64,000 nucleotides of DNA from an uncultured Gammaproteobacteria bacterium (GTDB lineage Bacteria > Patescibacteriota > Patescibacteriia > 2-12-FULL-60-25): positions 9,574 through 73,573 of the forward strand of contig CAZLRU010000001.1 of the NCBI GenBank assembly GCA_964562155.1, in the 5' to 3' direction. Position numbers and translations under genes: made by a program. The notes beneath the pieces are model-generated. The model did not search any database. It saw only the letters and a list, made by a program, of their open reading frames with translations, and was not told the DNA's origin. Shown in pieces: positions 1 through 8,342 of this stretch (positions within the stretch are counted from its first letter, which is position 1; every line of letters begins with the position of its first letter).

Positions 1-126
1 GGGCGGGTGCTGCGGGCGGCGTTTTCGCTTGGGAATACTCCTTCTCCGGTTGGTATTCGTCCCGTGGTGGCAGATGTAGATGGGGATGGAAAAGCGGAGA
101 TCTTGATTCCTTCTAGTGCCTTTTAA
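1..126 (+). CDS. 3' end of a partial CDS: FG-GAP/VCBS-type repeat protein (N-terminal part lies outside the window)
   Basis: Frame 1 is open from base 1 to TAA at 124-126. The translation ends ...PVVADVDGDGKAEILIPSSAF, and DxDxDG-K-x-E-I is the calcium-loop signature of FG-GAP/VCBS repeats. Confidence 0.5.
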   Translation, partial: GRVLRAAFSLGNTPSPVGIRPVVADVDGDGKAEILIPSSAF

Positions 127-1768
127 TATGAATTCCCCTCGTTCTCGCAGCGGTCTCGTTTTGCCTGGGGTAACAGTCGCGTTGACTCCTGCGCGAGCTG
201 CAACTTCGCGTTTACGACGTCGTTATCAGGAGCGCTATCGTGGGCGGTATCGCTTTCCTGTTTTATTGTTTGTGATTGATGCGTTTGTTGTTGCCTGTGT
301 CTTGGCGGTCTTTGGAGTAGGTGTCTGGCTTTCTCTGTGGCAACCACGAGATCAGAGTGGGTTGCGGTTGGTTTTTTCTGCGCCTCCCATTGTTACGGCC
401 ACGACTTTAGCCTTTGAGGCCAAAGTATCGGCGGCAGATGCGCGCATTCATCAAGATGTTCGGCTTCGTTGGGTTCTCCCCCCTGGGACGCAAATCGTGT
501 CGTCTGCCCCTCAAGCCGATACGCAGCACGAGGTGTTGATTGGTGATTTGCAGCCGGGTGAAGAGTATGTGGCTCGTATCGCTGTACGCTTATTTGTGCC
601 ACCTGGTTCCGTCAGCATTGGATTTCAGCTTCGTAGCGGAGAGGAGCTCTTGAGCGGAGAGGAGCTTCGTCCTATTGTGCGATCAGCCTTGCATGTTGAG
701 GAGATTCTGCCCCCGGTCCGTTCGACGAGTAACGCGCACTTTTTCCTCTTGCGTAATAGTGGTGATACGCCTCTCTCTTGTGCGCATGTGGAGGCGAATG
801 GATGGTTTTCTTCTCCCTGGGATGTGTTGGTTGCGATGGGGGGTGGCGGAGGTACGTATCTTGGTTTTGATGAGATCCTTCCTCACGATCAGCGGTGGTT
901 TTTTATAGCCTTGTCTGCTTCGCAGGATATTCGCGTGTTTTGTGGAGAAACGGAATTAGAGCGTGTGCCCGTTGTCGCATCCGCTCCGCTTACTAATCCT
1001 CCTTCTGTTATTGTATCTGCTCAGCCTTCCGTTCCTGGACAGGATACGGTGGTACAAGCTGTTTCTCCTGTTCCTCTTCAGTTGTTTGTCTATCATCCGT
1101 TGTTGCGTGAGGCGAATGATGGGATTCGTGTTTTTGATATTGCCTCGGGAACTACTCAATTGGTCTTGCCGCTTGATGCTACAAAAGTCATTCCAAAACA
1201 TGGAGCATTGTCACCGCATTGGTTTGTGATGCCTGTTCGGAGAATGCCTGACGGAATTGAGTATATTGGTCCTTTGGTGGAACAGCCAATCACGACCCCG
1301 TTTTCTTTTCAGACGGAGGCGCGTTATTACGCGCTCAGTGGAGGGCAGATTGGGGCTGGACCTCTACCTCCTCAGATTGGGCAGGCGACACGGTATTGGG
1401 TGCAATGGAAGATTGCTCCCACGGAGACGGATCTTTCTCAAGTTGAGTTGCGTGCCAAGCTAGCGCCTCATGTTACGTTTACAGGACAGAAAGCTCTACC
1501 GAGTGGGGGAGAATTAGCTCAGGAAGGTGAGGAATTGATCTGGCGTCTCCCGTTTCTTCCCGCGAGCTCTGCAGAGACGAGCGTTGCCTTTGAGCTTTCT
1601 CTTACGCCTATTGAAGGGATGCGTGATAGAACTCCTAATCTCGTAGAATCAGCACGCGCCCAAGCATTTGAGAATCGTTCGGGTGTTACGCTTAACGCCA
1701 GTGCTCAAGCGATTGATACCGGCTTGCAGACGGATGAAAAAGCGCGGGGGAAAGGGTGGGTTAGATAA
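116..1768 (+). CDS. Membrane-anchored surface protein, hypothetical; paralog of 53219..55135
   Basis: 550-aa ORF with GTG at 116 and an in-frame ATG at 128. It has an Arg-rich N-terminus followed by one TM helix (FPVLLFVIDAFVVACVLAVFGVGVWL). The C-terminal ~150 aa align by eye with the C-terminus of 53219..55135 (GAGPLPPxxGxxTxYxxxW ... ARGKGxV). Confidence 0.75.
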   Translation: MPFNMNSPRSRSGLVLPGVTVALTPARAATSRLRRRYQERYRGRYRFPVLLFVIDAFVVACVLAVFGVGVWLSLWQPRDQSGLRLVFSAPPIVTATTLAFEAKVSAADARIHQDVRLRWVLPPGTQIVSSAPQADTQHEVLIGDLQPGEEYVARIAVRLFVPPGSVSIGFQLRSGEELLSGEELRPIVRSALHVEEILPPVRSTSNAHFFLLRNSGDTPLSCAHVEANGWFSSPWDVLVAMGGGGGTYLGFDEILPHDQRWFFIALSASQDIRVFCGETELERVPVVASAPLTNPPSVIVSAQPSVPGQDTVVQAVSPVPLQLFVYHPLLREANDGIRVFDIASGTTQLVLPLDATKVIPKHGALSPHWFVMPVRRMPDGIEYIGPLVEQPITTPFSFQTEARYYALSGGQIGAGPLPPQIGQATRYWVQWKIAPTETDLSQVELRAKLAPHVTFTGQKALPSGGELAQEGEELIWRLPFLPASSAETSVAFELSLTPIEGMRDRTPNLVESARAQAFENRSGVTLNASAQAIDTGLQTDEKARGKGWVR

Positions 1769-2774
1769 TAAGCATGGCGTCGCCAAACGAGTAGAAGCGA
1801 TAGTTGTTTTTGATCGCGTGGTCGTAGGCATTGAGGATCTTTTCACGGCCGGCAAAGGCGGAGACGAGGACAAGCAGGGTGGACTTGGGAAGATGGAAGT
1901 TGGTGATCAATCCTTTTACCGTGGTGATGTCGTAGCCTGGTGTGATAAAAAGACGCGTCCATCCTTCGCCGGCTTTGCCGTGGAAGGTTTCGAGAATACG
2001 AACAGCCGTGGTACCGACGGCGATGACGCGACCACCGTTTTCTTTGGTTCTGTTGATCGCTTTGGCGGTGGTGGGTGATATTTGTCCCCATTCCTCGTGC
2101 ATTTTGTGTTCTTCTACGGTTGCGGTTTTCATGGGTCTGAATGTTCCTACTCCCACATGCAGAGTAACGAAGGCTTGTTCGATGCCTTGTTTTTTTAGGG
2201 TTGCAAGTAACTCGGGCGTAAAATGAAATCCCGCGGTGGGAGCGGCGACGGAGCCGACGTTTTTTGCATATACGTTTTGGTATTGATCTTCCTTGATCGT
2301 GCTCCCGTCCACGTAGGGCGGAGTAGGTATTTCGCCGAACGCATCACTTAACTTGAAGACATCGGCGTTTGGACGATGAAAGTTGATGGTGCAGGTTCCT
2401 TCGAGACTGTCTTTTAAGACGAGGGTTGCTTGTGTGCCGTCGGCGAGATCGAGTATGTCTCCTTCGCGCAGTTTTTTGCTGTTACTCACCAAGACGGACC
2501 AGTGCCCCTCGCTATTCTCGCGGGCATTCAAAAGAAGGAGCTCATGCGTTCTGCCGGCCCGTGTTCCGTGCAGGCGCGCCTTAAAGACTTTACTGTCATT
2601 AAAAATCAATAAATCACCGGCTTTTAATAGTTCGGGAAGATTGTTTACGAATCGATCACGAAGCCCGCCATTCTCGCGGTCTACCACGAGGAGTTTAGCG
2701 GTATCGCGTGGTTCTACGGAGTGTTGAGCGATCCGATCGGGGGGGAGCTGGTAGTCGAAGAGGGAGGTTTCCAT
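1761..2774 (-). CDS. queA: S-adenosylmethionine:tRNA ribosyltransferase-isomerase
   Basis: 337 aa. The N-terminus METSLFDYQLPPDRIAQHSVEPRDTAKLLVV and the motifs AAPTAGFHFT and HVGVGTFRP are characteristic of QueA. Confidence 0.93.
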   Translation of the reverse strand: METSLFDYQLPPDRIAQHSVEPRDTAKLLVVDRENGGLRDRFVNNLPELLKAGDLLIFNDSKVFKARLHGTRAGRTHELLLLNARENSEGHWSVLVSNSKKLREGDILDLADGTQATLVLKDSLEGTCTINFHRPNADVFKLSDAFGEIPTPPYVDGSTIKEDQYQNVYAKNVGSVAAPTAGFHFTPELLATLKKQGIEQAFVTLHVGVGTFRPMKTATVEEHKMHEEWGQISPTTAKAINRTKENGGRVIAVGTTAVRILETFHGKAGEGWTRLFITPGYDITTVKGLITNFHLPKSTLLVLVSAFAGREKILNAYDHAIKNNYRFYSFGDAMLII

Positions 2775-2820
2775 AGGTATTTAGGCACTCTAGCTTACTC
2801 TGGTGTTTTTGCGAAGCGGG

Positions 2821-2849
2821 TTGACGGAGAAATAATAAAGTAGTAAACC
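2821..2849 (+). promoter_or_regulatory. Candidate sigma70-type promoter of the unclassified ncRNA
   Basis: TTGACG (2821-2826), 17-nt spacer, TAAACC (2844-2849). The -10 is weak. Confidence 0.35.
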
Positions 2850-2855
2850 AGTGGC

Positions 2856-3145
2856 GCAAAGGAGTCTGTGAATGCCTCGAGAATCTGATGTCGGCGTAGA
2901 ATGGTGGACAGATGGTGACCTCCCCGCCAATGATGTGGGTGAGCGGCCGTCTGGGATTCGTGACAGGGTCGGCCATTCGTACGGCCACAACCCTGCCCTG
3001 TCTCCACCGCGACGAGCGATGGAGTCTCGTCGATGGAATGACAACGGGCACTCCCGCCTGGGAGGATTGCCGCATGATGACAGTGACTTCTGAGTGAGTC
3101 TTTCCCCCTCTGTTTAACCACCTTACCGGTGGTTATCGTTTTTTC
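2856..3145 (+). ncRNA. Free-standing structured RNA gene of unknown class (~290 nt)
   Basis: A GC-rich gap between queA and the exporter operon holds only short overlapping ORFs on both strands. Clear helices are 2903-2911/2998-3008, 2964-2969/2990-2995, hairpin 3010-3032, and hairpin 3047-3071. It ends in an intrinsic terminator (3116-3145) and is followed by a separate promoter for the next gene. A tmRNA-like 5' motif lies at 2937-2970, but no T-arm or acceptor partner was found. Confidence 0.45.
3116..3145 (+). terminator. Rho-independent terminator
   Basis: AACCACC-TTACC-GGTGGTT hairpin followed by ATCGTTTTTTC. Confidence 0.7.
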
Positions 3146-3200
3146 TATAACCATAACCGTTTGCTCTTTATTTATGTTTGTAAGCAACTTACGTTCTTGG

Positions 3201-3229
3201 TTGACAAAATGGCTTATTTTTGCTACTTT
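3201..3229 (+). promoter_or_regulatory. Candidate promoter of the exporter operon
   Basis: TTGACA (3201-3206), 17-nt spacer, TACTTT (3224-3229). Its position argues for the ATG at 3247 as the real start of the adaptor gene. Confidence 0.4.
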
Positions 3230-3246
3230 TATCCTATATATTTCTT

Positions 3247-5112
3247 ATGAATACTGCTTTTCTGAAATCCAAGTGGTTGTGGGCGGGTGTTGTGATCGTG
3301 ATTGTTGGTGGAGGACTGTATGTTCGTAATAAAAATGCCAATAAGGGCCCGTTTTATGAGACGGCTGGTGTTGAGCGTGGACAGGTTCTTCAGACCGTTG
3401 AAGTGACTGGTCAGATGAAGCCGCAATCTCGGATTGATTTGTCGTTTAAAGCTTCCGGGAAGCTAACCGTTTTGAATGTTAAGGTTGGGGATGTGGTGAA
3501 GGCAAATGATGTCTTGGGAGAGCTTGATATGAAGGATCTGCAGTTCTCTATTAGTCGAGCTGCGGCGAGTTTGGCCTCGGCACGCGCTACCTTGAATGCG
3601 CGTTTAGCAGGGGAGACTCCTGAATCGATTCGAATTGCTGAAGCCTCTGTGCAGCAGGCGCAGGCTTCATATGATAAGGCAGTGGCGGATGTTGAATCCA
3701 TGAAGCGCACCGTTCAGGATGAATATCAGGTTGCGACGATTGCGGTTGATACGGCTCAGAAGAATCTCACCAATTCTGGTGCAAGCTTGGATCAGGATGT
3801 TCGTAATAGTTATGAAAGCGCTCGCGCGAAATTGCGTGGGGTGTTGGGTGATTTACAAACGGCTTTGGCTGATGGAGATGCCGTTATTGGAGTTGATAAC
3901 ACGGCGTCCAATGACAGCTATGAAGGGGTGTTGGGGATTAATGATCGTTCTGCGTTGGATCGAGCCAAGATGCAATATCCTGGTGCCAAGGCGAGTGCTC
4001 AGGCGGCGCTTACGAGTGTGAATGGACTTACTTCTTTATCGTCTAATACAGATGTGCGCGCTTCGACAGAGCTTGTGCGCACGGCATTGTCTCAGATTCA
4101 GTCTTATCTCGAGCAGGTGCAGCGGGTTCTTGCAGGAACGATTACGAACAGCAGTCTGACCGAAACTCAGTTAGCCACAAAGCGTTCCACGATCGATAGT
4201 GATCGTGCGTCTGTGAGCGCTGATCTTACAACCATTACTTCCGCGCTTCAGGTGATGAACACGGCTGAACTCACACGTACCACAACTCTTGCTCAATTGC
4301 AGAATGCGTTGCAGACCGCTCAAGCGAATCTACGGACGGCGGATACGAATCGTGTCACCAAGGTTCAAACAGCTGAATCAAACGTGTTGATTCAGCGCGC
4401 GGGTTTGACGTCTGCGCAAGCAACATTGTCTCTTAAGAAGGCTCCTCCACGTGCGGTGGACGTGGCTGCGTTGCGAGCTCAGGTTATGGATGCGGAGACT
4501 GCGTACGCTCAGGCGAATGAGCGTTTAAACGATGCCCGTATTATTGCTCCGGTTGATGGGGTGATTGCGGATGTTTTGCCCTCGATTGGTCAGCAGGTTG
4601 GGGCTGGTCAGGTTGTTGTCCAGTTGGTTGCCGCCGAAGGGTATACCGTGGAGGCTTTAGTTCCGGAAGCTGATATCGCCAAGATCAAGATTGGACAATT
4701 GGCGAGTATGACATTGGATGCGTTTGGTGACTCCGTCCCATTTACGGGGACGGTGGTATCTGAGAATCCTGATCAAACGAAGGTGCAGGATGCGATCTAT
4801 TATAAAACGTTCTTTCAGTTGATTGCGGATGGACATGATGTAAAACCAGGGATGACCGCGAATGTGACCGTCACGACCGGAGAAGCGAAGGATACGCTCT
4901 TTATTCCAACGCGCGCGGTACGTGAACAGGAAGGAGTGAATACGGTTCGTGTGCTTGAGAATAATCAGCCTCGCGAAGTTCAGGTTATTCTTGGGTTGCG
5001 TGGCGATGAAGGGCGTGTTGAGGTCAAAGAGGGTCTCACGGTTGGTCAACAGGTGGTTGTTGGAGAGCTCACAGCAGATGAATACAAGAAGTTACAAGCA
5101 GCCAAACAGTAG
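3247..5112 (+). CDS. HlyD/MacA-family periplasmic adaptor (membrane fusion protein) with a very long coiled-coil hairpin
   Basis: The ORF track gives 3220..5112; I prefer ATG 3247 (MNTAFLKSKWLWAGVVIVIVGGGLYV, N-terminal TM). It has a biotinyl/lipoyl-like half (GKLTVLNVKVGDVVKANDVLGELD ... APVDGVIADV), ~300 aa of Ala/Gln-rich coiled coil, and a beta-barrel C-terminus. Confidence 0.85.
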   Translation: MNTAFLKSKWLWAGVVIVIVGGGLYVRNKNANKGPFYETAGVERGQVLQTVEVTGQMKPQSRIDLSFKASGKLTVLNVKVGDVVKANDVLGELDMKDLQFSISRAAASLASARATLNARLAGETPESIRIAEASVQQAQASYDKAVADVESMKRTVQDEYQVATIAVDTAQKNLTNSGASLDQDVRNSYESARAKLRGVLGDLQTALADGDAVIGVDNTASNDSYEGVLGINDRSALDRAKMQYPGAKASAQAALTSVNGLTSLSSNTDVRASTELVRTALSQIQSYLEQVQRVLAGTITNSSLTETQLATKRSTIDSDRASVSADLTTITSALQVMNTAELTRTTTLAQLQNALQTAQANLRTADTNRVTKVQTAESNVLIQRAGLTSAQATLSLKKAPPRAVDVAALRAQVMDAETAYAQANERLNDARIIAPVDGVIADVLPSIGQQVGAGQVVVQLVAAEGYTVEALVPEADIAKIKIGQLASMTLDAFGDSVPFTGTVVSENPDQTKVQDAIYYKTFFQLIADGHDVKPGMTANVTVTTGEAKDTLFIPTRAVREQEGVNTVRVLENNQPREVQVILGLRGDEGRVEVKEGLTVGQQVVVGELTADEYKKLQAAKQ

Positions 5113-5116
5113 ATGT

Positions 5117-5839
5117 ATGGATCTCATCCGTATTGAAAACCTGACGAAAGAGTATGTGAATGATGGGGTGGCAACACCGGTATTGCATGGGGTGAGTTTT
5201 ACGGTTCCAAAGGGGCAGTTTCTGGCTATTATGGGACCGTCTGGATCTGGTAAATCGACCCTCATGCAGATCCTTGGTTTCTTGGATGCGCCAACCGGAG
5301 GACGCTACTTCTTTGACGATCAGGATGTTTCGACGTTGTCGGATGATGATTACGCGCGTTTTCGTGGTGAGAAAATCGGCTTTATTTTTCAAGCCTTTCA
5401 TTTGTTGCCTAAGACAAGTGTGATCGAAAACGTGAAATTGCCCCTTCTTTATTCTGATGTTCCGGCTGGGGAGCGTGATGCCATGGCGAAAAAGGCCCTT
5501 GAGGTTGTTGGTCTTGGTCATCGTTTGCAGAACCTTTCCAATCAGCTCTCCGGAGGTGAGCGTCAGCGCGTGGCGATTGCTCGTGCGCTGGTGCGTAATC
5601 CATCGGTCATCTTTGCAGATGAGCCTACGGGGAACTTGGATTCAAAATCCGGCAAAGCGGTCATGGATATGTTGCTCGAGCTTAATATGAAGCATGGGCA
5701 CACTATTATTCTTGTTACCCATGAAACGTATACGTCGGAGTATGCGGAACGGATTTTGACGTTGCGTGATGGGTTAATTTTATCCGATAAAAAGGTTGAG
5801 AATCGTCGAAAGTTAGGAGATGACGCGATCTTAAAATAA
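5117..5839 (+). CDS. ABC transporter ATP-binding protein, MacB/LolD type
   Basis: True start is MDLIRIENL at 5117; the track ORF 4949.. is an upstream extension overlapping the adaptor gene. Walker A GPSGSGKST, signature LSGGERQR, Walker B IFADEPTGNLD. Confidence 0.92.
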   Translation: MDLIRIENLTKEYVNDGVATPVLHGVSFTVPKGQFLAIMGPSGSGKSTLMQILGFLDAPTGGRYFFDDQDVSTLSDDDYARFRGEKIGFIFQAFHLLPKTSVIENVKLPLLYSDVPAGERDAMAKKALEVVGLGHRLQNLSNQLSGGERQRVAIARALVRNPSVIFADEPTGNLDSKSGKAVMDMLLELNMKHGHTIILVTHETYTSEYAERILTLRDGLILSDKKVENRRKLGDDAILK

Positions 5840-5845
5840 TCCCCC

Positions 5846-7066
5846 ATGCTTTTATCTGATCTATTCATAAGCGCTTCTCAGAGTCTGCGGCGAACAAAGA
5901 GTCGCAGTGCTTTGACGATGCTTGGTATTGTGATTGGGGTCATGTCGGTGATTTTGGTGTTGTCTATTGGTGAAGCGGCGCAGCGTTATATTTTGGGGCA
6001 AGTGTCCTCGTTCGGTTCGGATGTTTTGACGGTTCAAAATGGAGCTGATCGTGATGAGACGCGTGATGTGCCAACGGCATTTATTAAGGAAGTATTGACG
6101 TACGACGATTATCGTAAGCTGCGCTTGCAGCCTTGGGTTCAGGATATTACGGGTGCTGTTTCCCAAAATGATCGTGCTTTAGCAAATGGACAGGAGACGG
6201 ATGTGCAGGTGTTTGGGACGACTGAAGACGAGGTGTCTTTATATGATAGACGGGTAGGGGAGGGGTTCTTTTTTACTCAAGAGGATGTGGCTTCACGAGC
6301 ACGGGTGGCCGTTCTTGGAGCTGATATTGTTAAAAAATCGTTTGGACAGGAGTTGGCTATTGGTCGACAGGTTAAAATTGGTACCCAATCGTTTCGTGTC
6401 GTGGGGGTGATGGCCCGAGCGGGGACGCAATCGTTTCAGAATTTAGATCAGAATATCTATATTCCCGTGACCGCTGCCATGGATTTGTATAATAAAAGGT
6501 ATCTTGCGAGCTTGTCTGTGCGGACAACAGTTGGATTGGCTCAAGGGAAGCGCATGGTTCAACAGATTTTACGGGATCAGCACCGTATTGATACGAATGA
6601 ACAGGATGATTTTCGTGTGACCACGCAAGAGGATGCCGCTCGTAGCGCAGGGGAGATTACCAACATCTTACAGATTTTGTTGACTTCGATCGCGGCTATT
6701 TCGTTGGTTGTTGGGGGGATTGGCATCATGAATATTATGTATGTGGCGGTGACGGAACGAACGCGCGAGATTGGGTTACGCAAAGCGATCGGCGCGCGAC
6801 GCGCAGATGTGTTGAGTCAGTTTTTGGCAGAAGCGGTGTTTTTGACAACGCTTGGAGGCGTGATCGGTGTGTTGCTTGGGATTGGCCTTACCTGGCTTGC
6901 CATCGCGATCATTAGTTCCTTTCAAGAAGGGTGGACGTTTGAGGTTTCTCTCCGAGGTGTTTTTCTTGGGGTTATTGTATCGTCGGTTATCGGTTTGTTA
7001 TTTGGGTATGCGCCGGCACGCAAGGCTGCTTCGCTTCGACCTATCGAAGCGCTTAGAAAAGAGTAG
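5846..7066 (+). CDS. ABC transporter permease, MacB/FtsX family (paralog 1)
   Basis: 406 aa. It has the N-terminal TM, a large periplasmic domain and a C-terminal FtsX 3-TM bundle (IGIMNIMYVAVTERTREIGLRKAIGA) characteristic of MacB-type permeases. Confidence 0.9.
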   Translation: MLLSDLFISASQSLRRTKSRSALTMLGIVIGVMSVILVLSIGEAAQRYILGQVSSFGSDVLTVQNGADRDETRDVPTAFIKEVLTYDDYRKLRLQPWVQDITGAVSQNDRALANGQETDVQVFGTTEDEVSLYDRRVGEGFFFTQEDVASRARVAVLGADIVKKSFGQELAIGRQVKIGTQSFRVVGVMARAGTQSFQNLDQNIYIPVTAAMDLYNKRYLASLSVRTTVGLAQGKRMVQQILRDQHRIDTNEQDDFRVTTQEDAARSAGEITNILQILLTSIAAISLVVGGIGIMNIMYVAVTERTREIGLRKAIGARRADVLSQFLAEAVFLTTLGGVIGVLLGIGLTWLAIAIISSFQEGWTFEVSLRGVFLGVIVSSVIGLLFGYAPARKAASLRPIEALRKE

Positions 7067-7068
7067 TT

Positions 7069-8304
7069 ATGACTATCCCTGACATCTTTAGGCTTTCTCT
7101 TCAGAGCTTGCTTCGTACCAAGGCGCGGGCAGTTTTGACGATGCTGGGTATTATTATCGGCATCGCCTCTGTTATTTTGACCTTGGCGATTGGGCAAGCG
7201 GCGGAATCGTTTCTCCTTTCGCAGGTGGCTTCGTTTGGGTCTAATTTGATTTTTGTGGCGAATGGGAAAGGGGACCAGGAACGTGGAGGGCCGCCGGATG
7301 CGAGTATTAAGCAGACGCTTACGATGGATGATATTTCTCGATTGCAGCGTGAGTCGTGGGCGGAATATGTGAATGGAGCTTCGGTTGCTAATGATTTGGT
7401 GAGTGCGAATGGGGTGAATGTGTTTGCGCCTATTTCCGGCACGACCGAGGATGAGCTGAAGATTTTTAAATCGGTTGTTGCGGCTGGTCGATTTGTGACG
7501 GATGAAGATGTCGCTAGTCGTTCGCGTGTTATTGTGTTGGGCGCGACGGTTGCGAAGAAGTTGTTTAGTCAGAATGATCCACTTGGAAAATCCGTGAAAC
7601 TTGGTCAACGGAGTTATCGAGTGGTCGGCGTTATGGCTGTTAGTGGCACGCGCTTTTTTACGAAATTAGACGATCAAGTGTATGTGCCTGTGACGGCGGT
7701 CCTTGATCAGTATAATCGTGAGCATATTAATTTTATATCCATTACAGCTAAACAGCTCTCTGTTGATGCGACGAAGGAACGGGTTCGCTTAGCCTTACGT
7801 GATACCCATAATCTCGACAATCCTCAGGGAGAGTTGGCGAAAGATGATTTTAGGGTCGCGTCGCAAGAAGATGCGGCGCGGAGTGCGGCCGTCATTGGGC
7901 AGGTATTGCAGACGTTGTTAGGATCGATTGCGGCGATTTCCCTGGTTGTCGGTGGGATTGGGATCATGAATATTATGTTTGTGACCGTGACAGAACGCAC
8001 ACAGGAGATTGGGCTCAGAAAAGCCTTGGGTGCAAAGCGAAGAGATGTTCTGGGTCAATTTTTGGCCGAGGCGCTTATGCTTACGACCTTGGGAGGTGCC
8101 ATTGGCGTTGGATTTGGCTTGCTTCTCTCGGTCATTGCGATTCAGATTATTAATAGTTTTCAACCGGGTTGGGCGTTTGTGTTTCCGATGAATGGGGTGA
8201 TTCTGGCGTTTACTGTTTCGGCGGCGATTGGGGTTGTGTTTGGGTATTATCCGGCGCGTAAGGCGGCCAGTTTGAGTCCGATTGAATCGTTGCGATACGA
8301 ATAA
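7069..8304 (+). CDS. ABC transporter permease, MacB/FtsX family (paralog 2)
   Basis: 411 aa with the same architecture (IGIMNIMFVTVTERTQEIGLRKALGA). The start lies 3 nt after the preceding stop. Confidence 0.9.
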   Translation: MTIPDIFRLSLQSLLRTKARAVLTMLGIIIGIASVILTLAIGQAAESFLLSQVASFGSNLIFVANGKGDQERGGPPDASIKQTLTMDDISRLQRESWAEYVNGASVANDLVSANGVNVFAPISGTTEDELKIFKSVVAAGRFVTDEDVASRSRVIVLGATVAKKLFSQNDPLGKSVKLGQRSYRVVGVMAVSGTRFFTKLDDQVYVPVTAVLDQYNREHINFISITAKQLSVDATKERVRLALRDTHNLDNPQGELAKDDFRVASQEDAARSAAVIGQVLQTLLGSIAAISLVVGGIGIMNIMFVTVTERTQEIGLRKALGAKRRDVLGQFLAEALMLTTLGGAIGVGFGLLLSVIAIQIINSFQPGWAFVFPMNGVILAFTVSAAIGVVFGYYPARKAASLSPIESLRYE

Positions 8305-8342
8305 AAAAAGAGCCCAGGAGAAACAAAGTTGTTCTCGGGCGT

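Noticed and set aside
2790-3145. Attempted to call this RNA as RNase P RNA (either strand), a standard or two-piece tmRNA, SRP RNA, or a cobalamin/TPP/fluoride/ZTP/c-di-GMP riboswitch
   Set aside because: - No GAGGAAAGUCC / ACAGAAnnCGGCUUA pair that can form P4 exists on either strand.
- The tmRNA-like 5' motif has no complementary acceptor 3' strand and there is no GGUUCGAnUCC T-arm.
- No GGAA...AGCAGC SRP helix-8 motif is present.
- Riboswitch core consensus elements are absent, and a separate promoter precedes the downstream gene.
It is reported only as an unclassified ncRNA.
6922-7608. 228-aa minus-strand ORF (and similar ORFs at 28959..29561, 61476..62120, 38065..38526, 50580..51011, 54530..54943)
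   Set aside because: All lie antisense within well-supported genes (FtsX permease, groEL, thrS, rimK-like, DUF4012, surface protein). They translate to Arg/Ser/His-rich junk.
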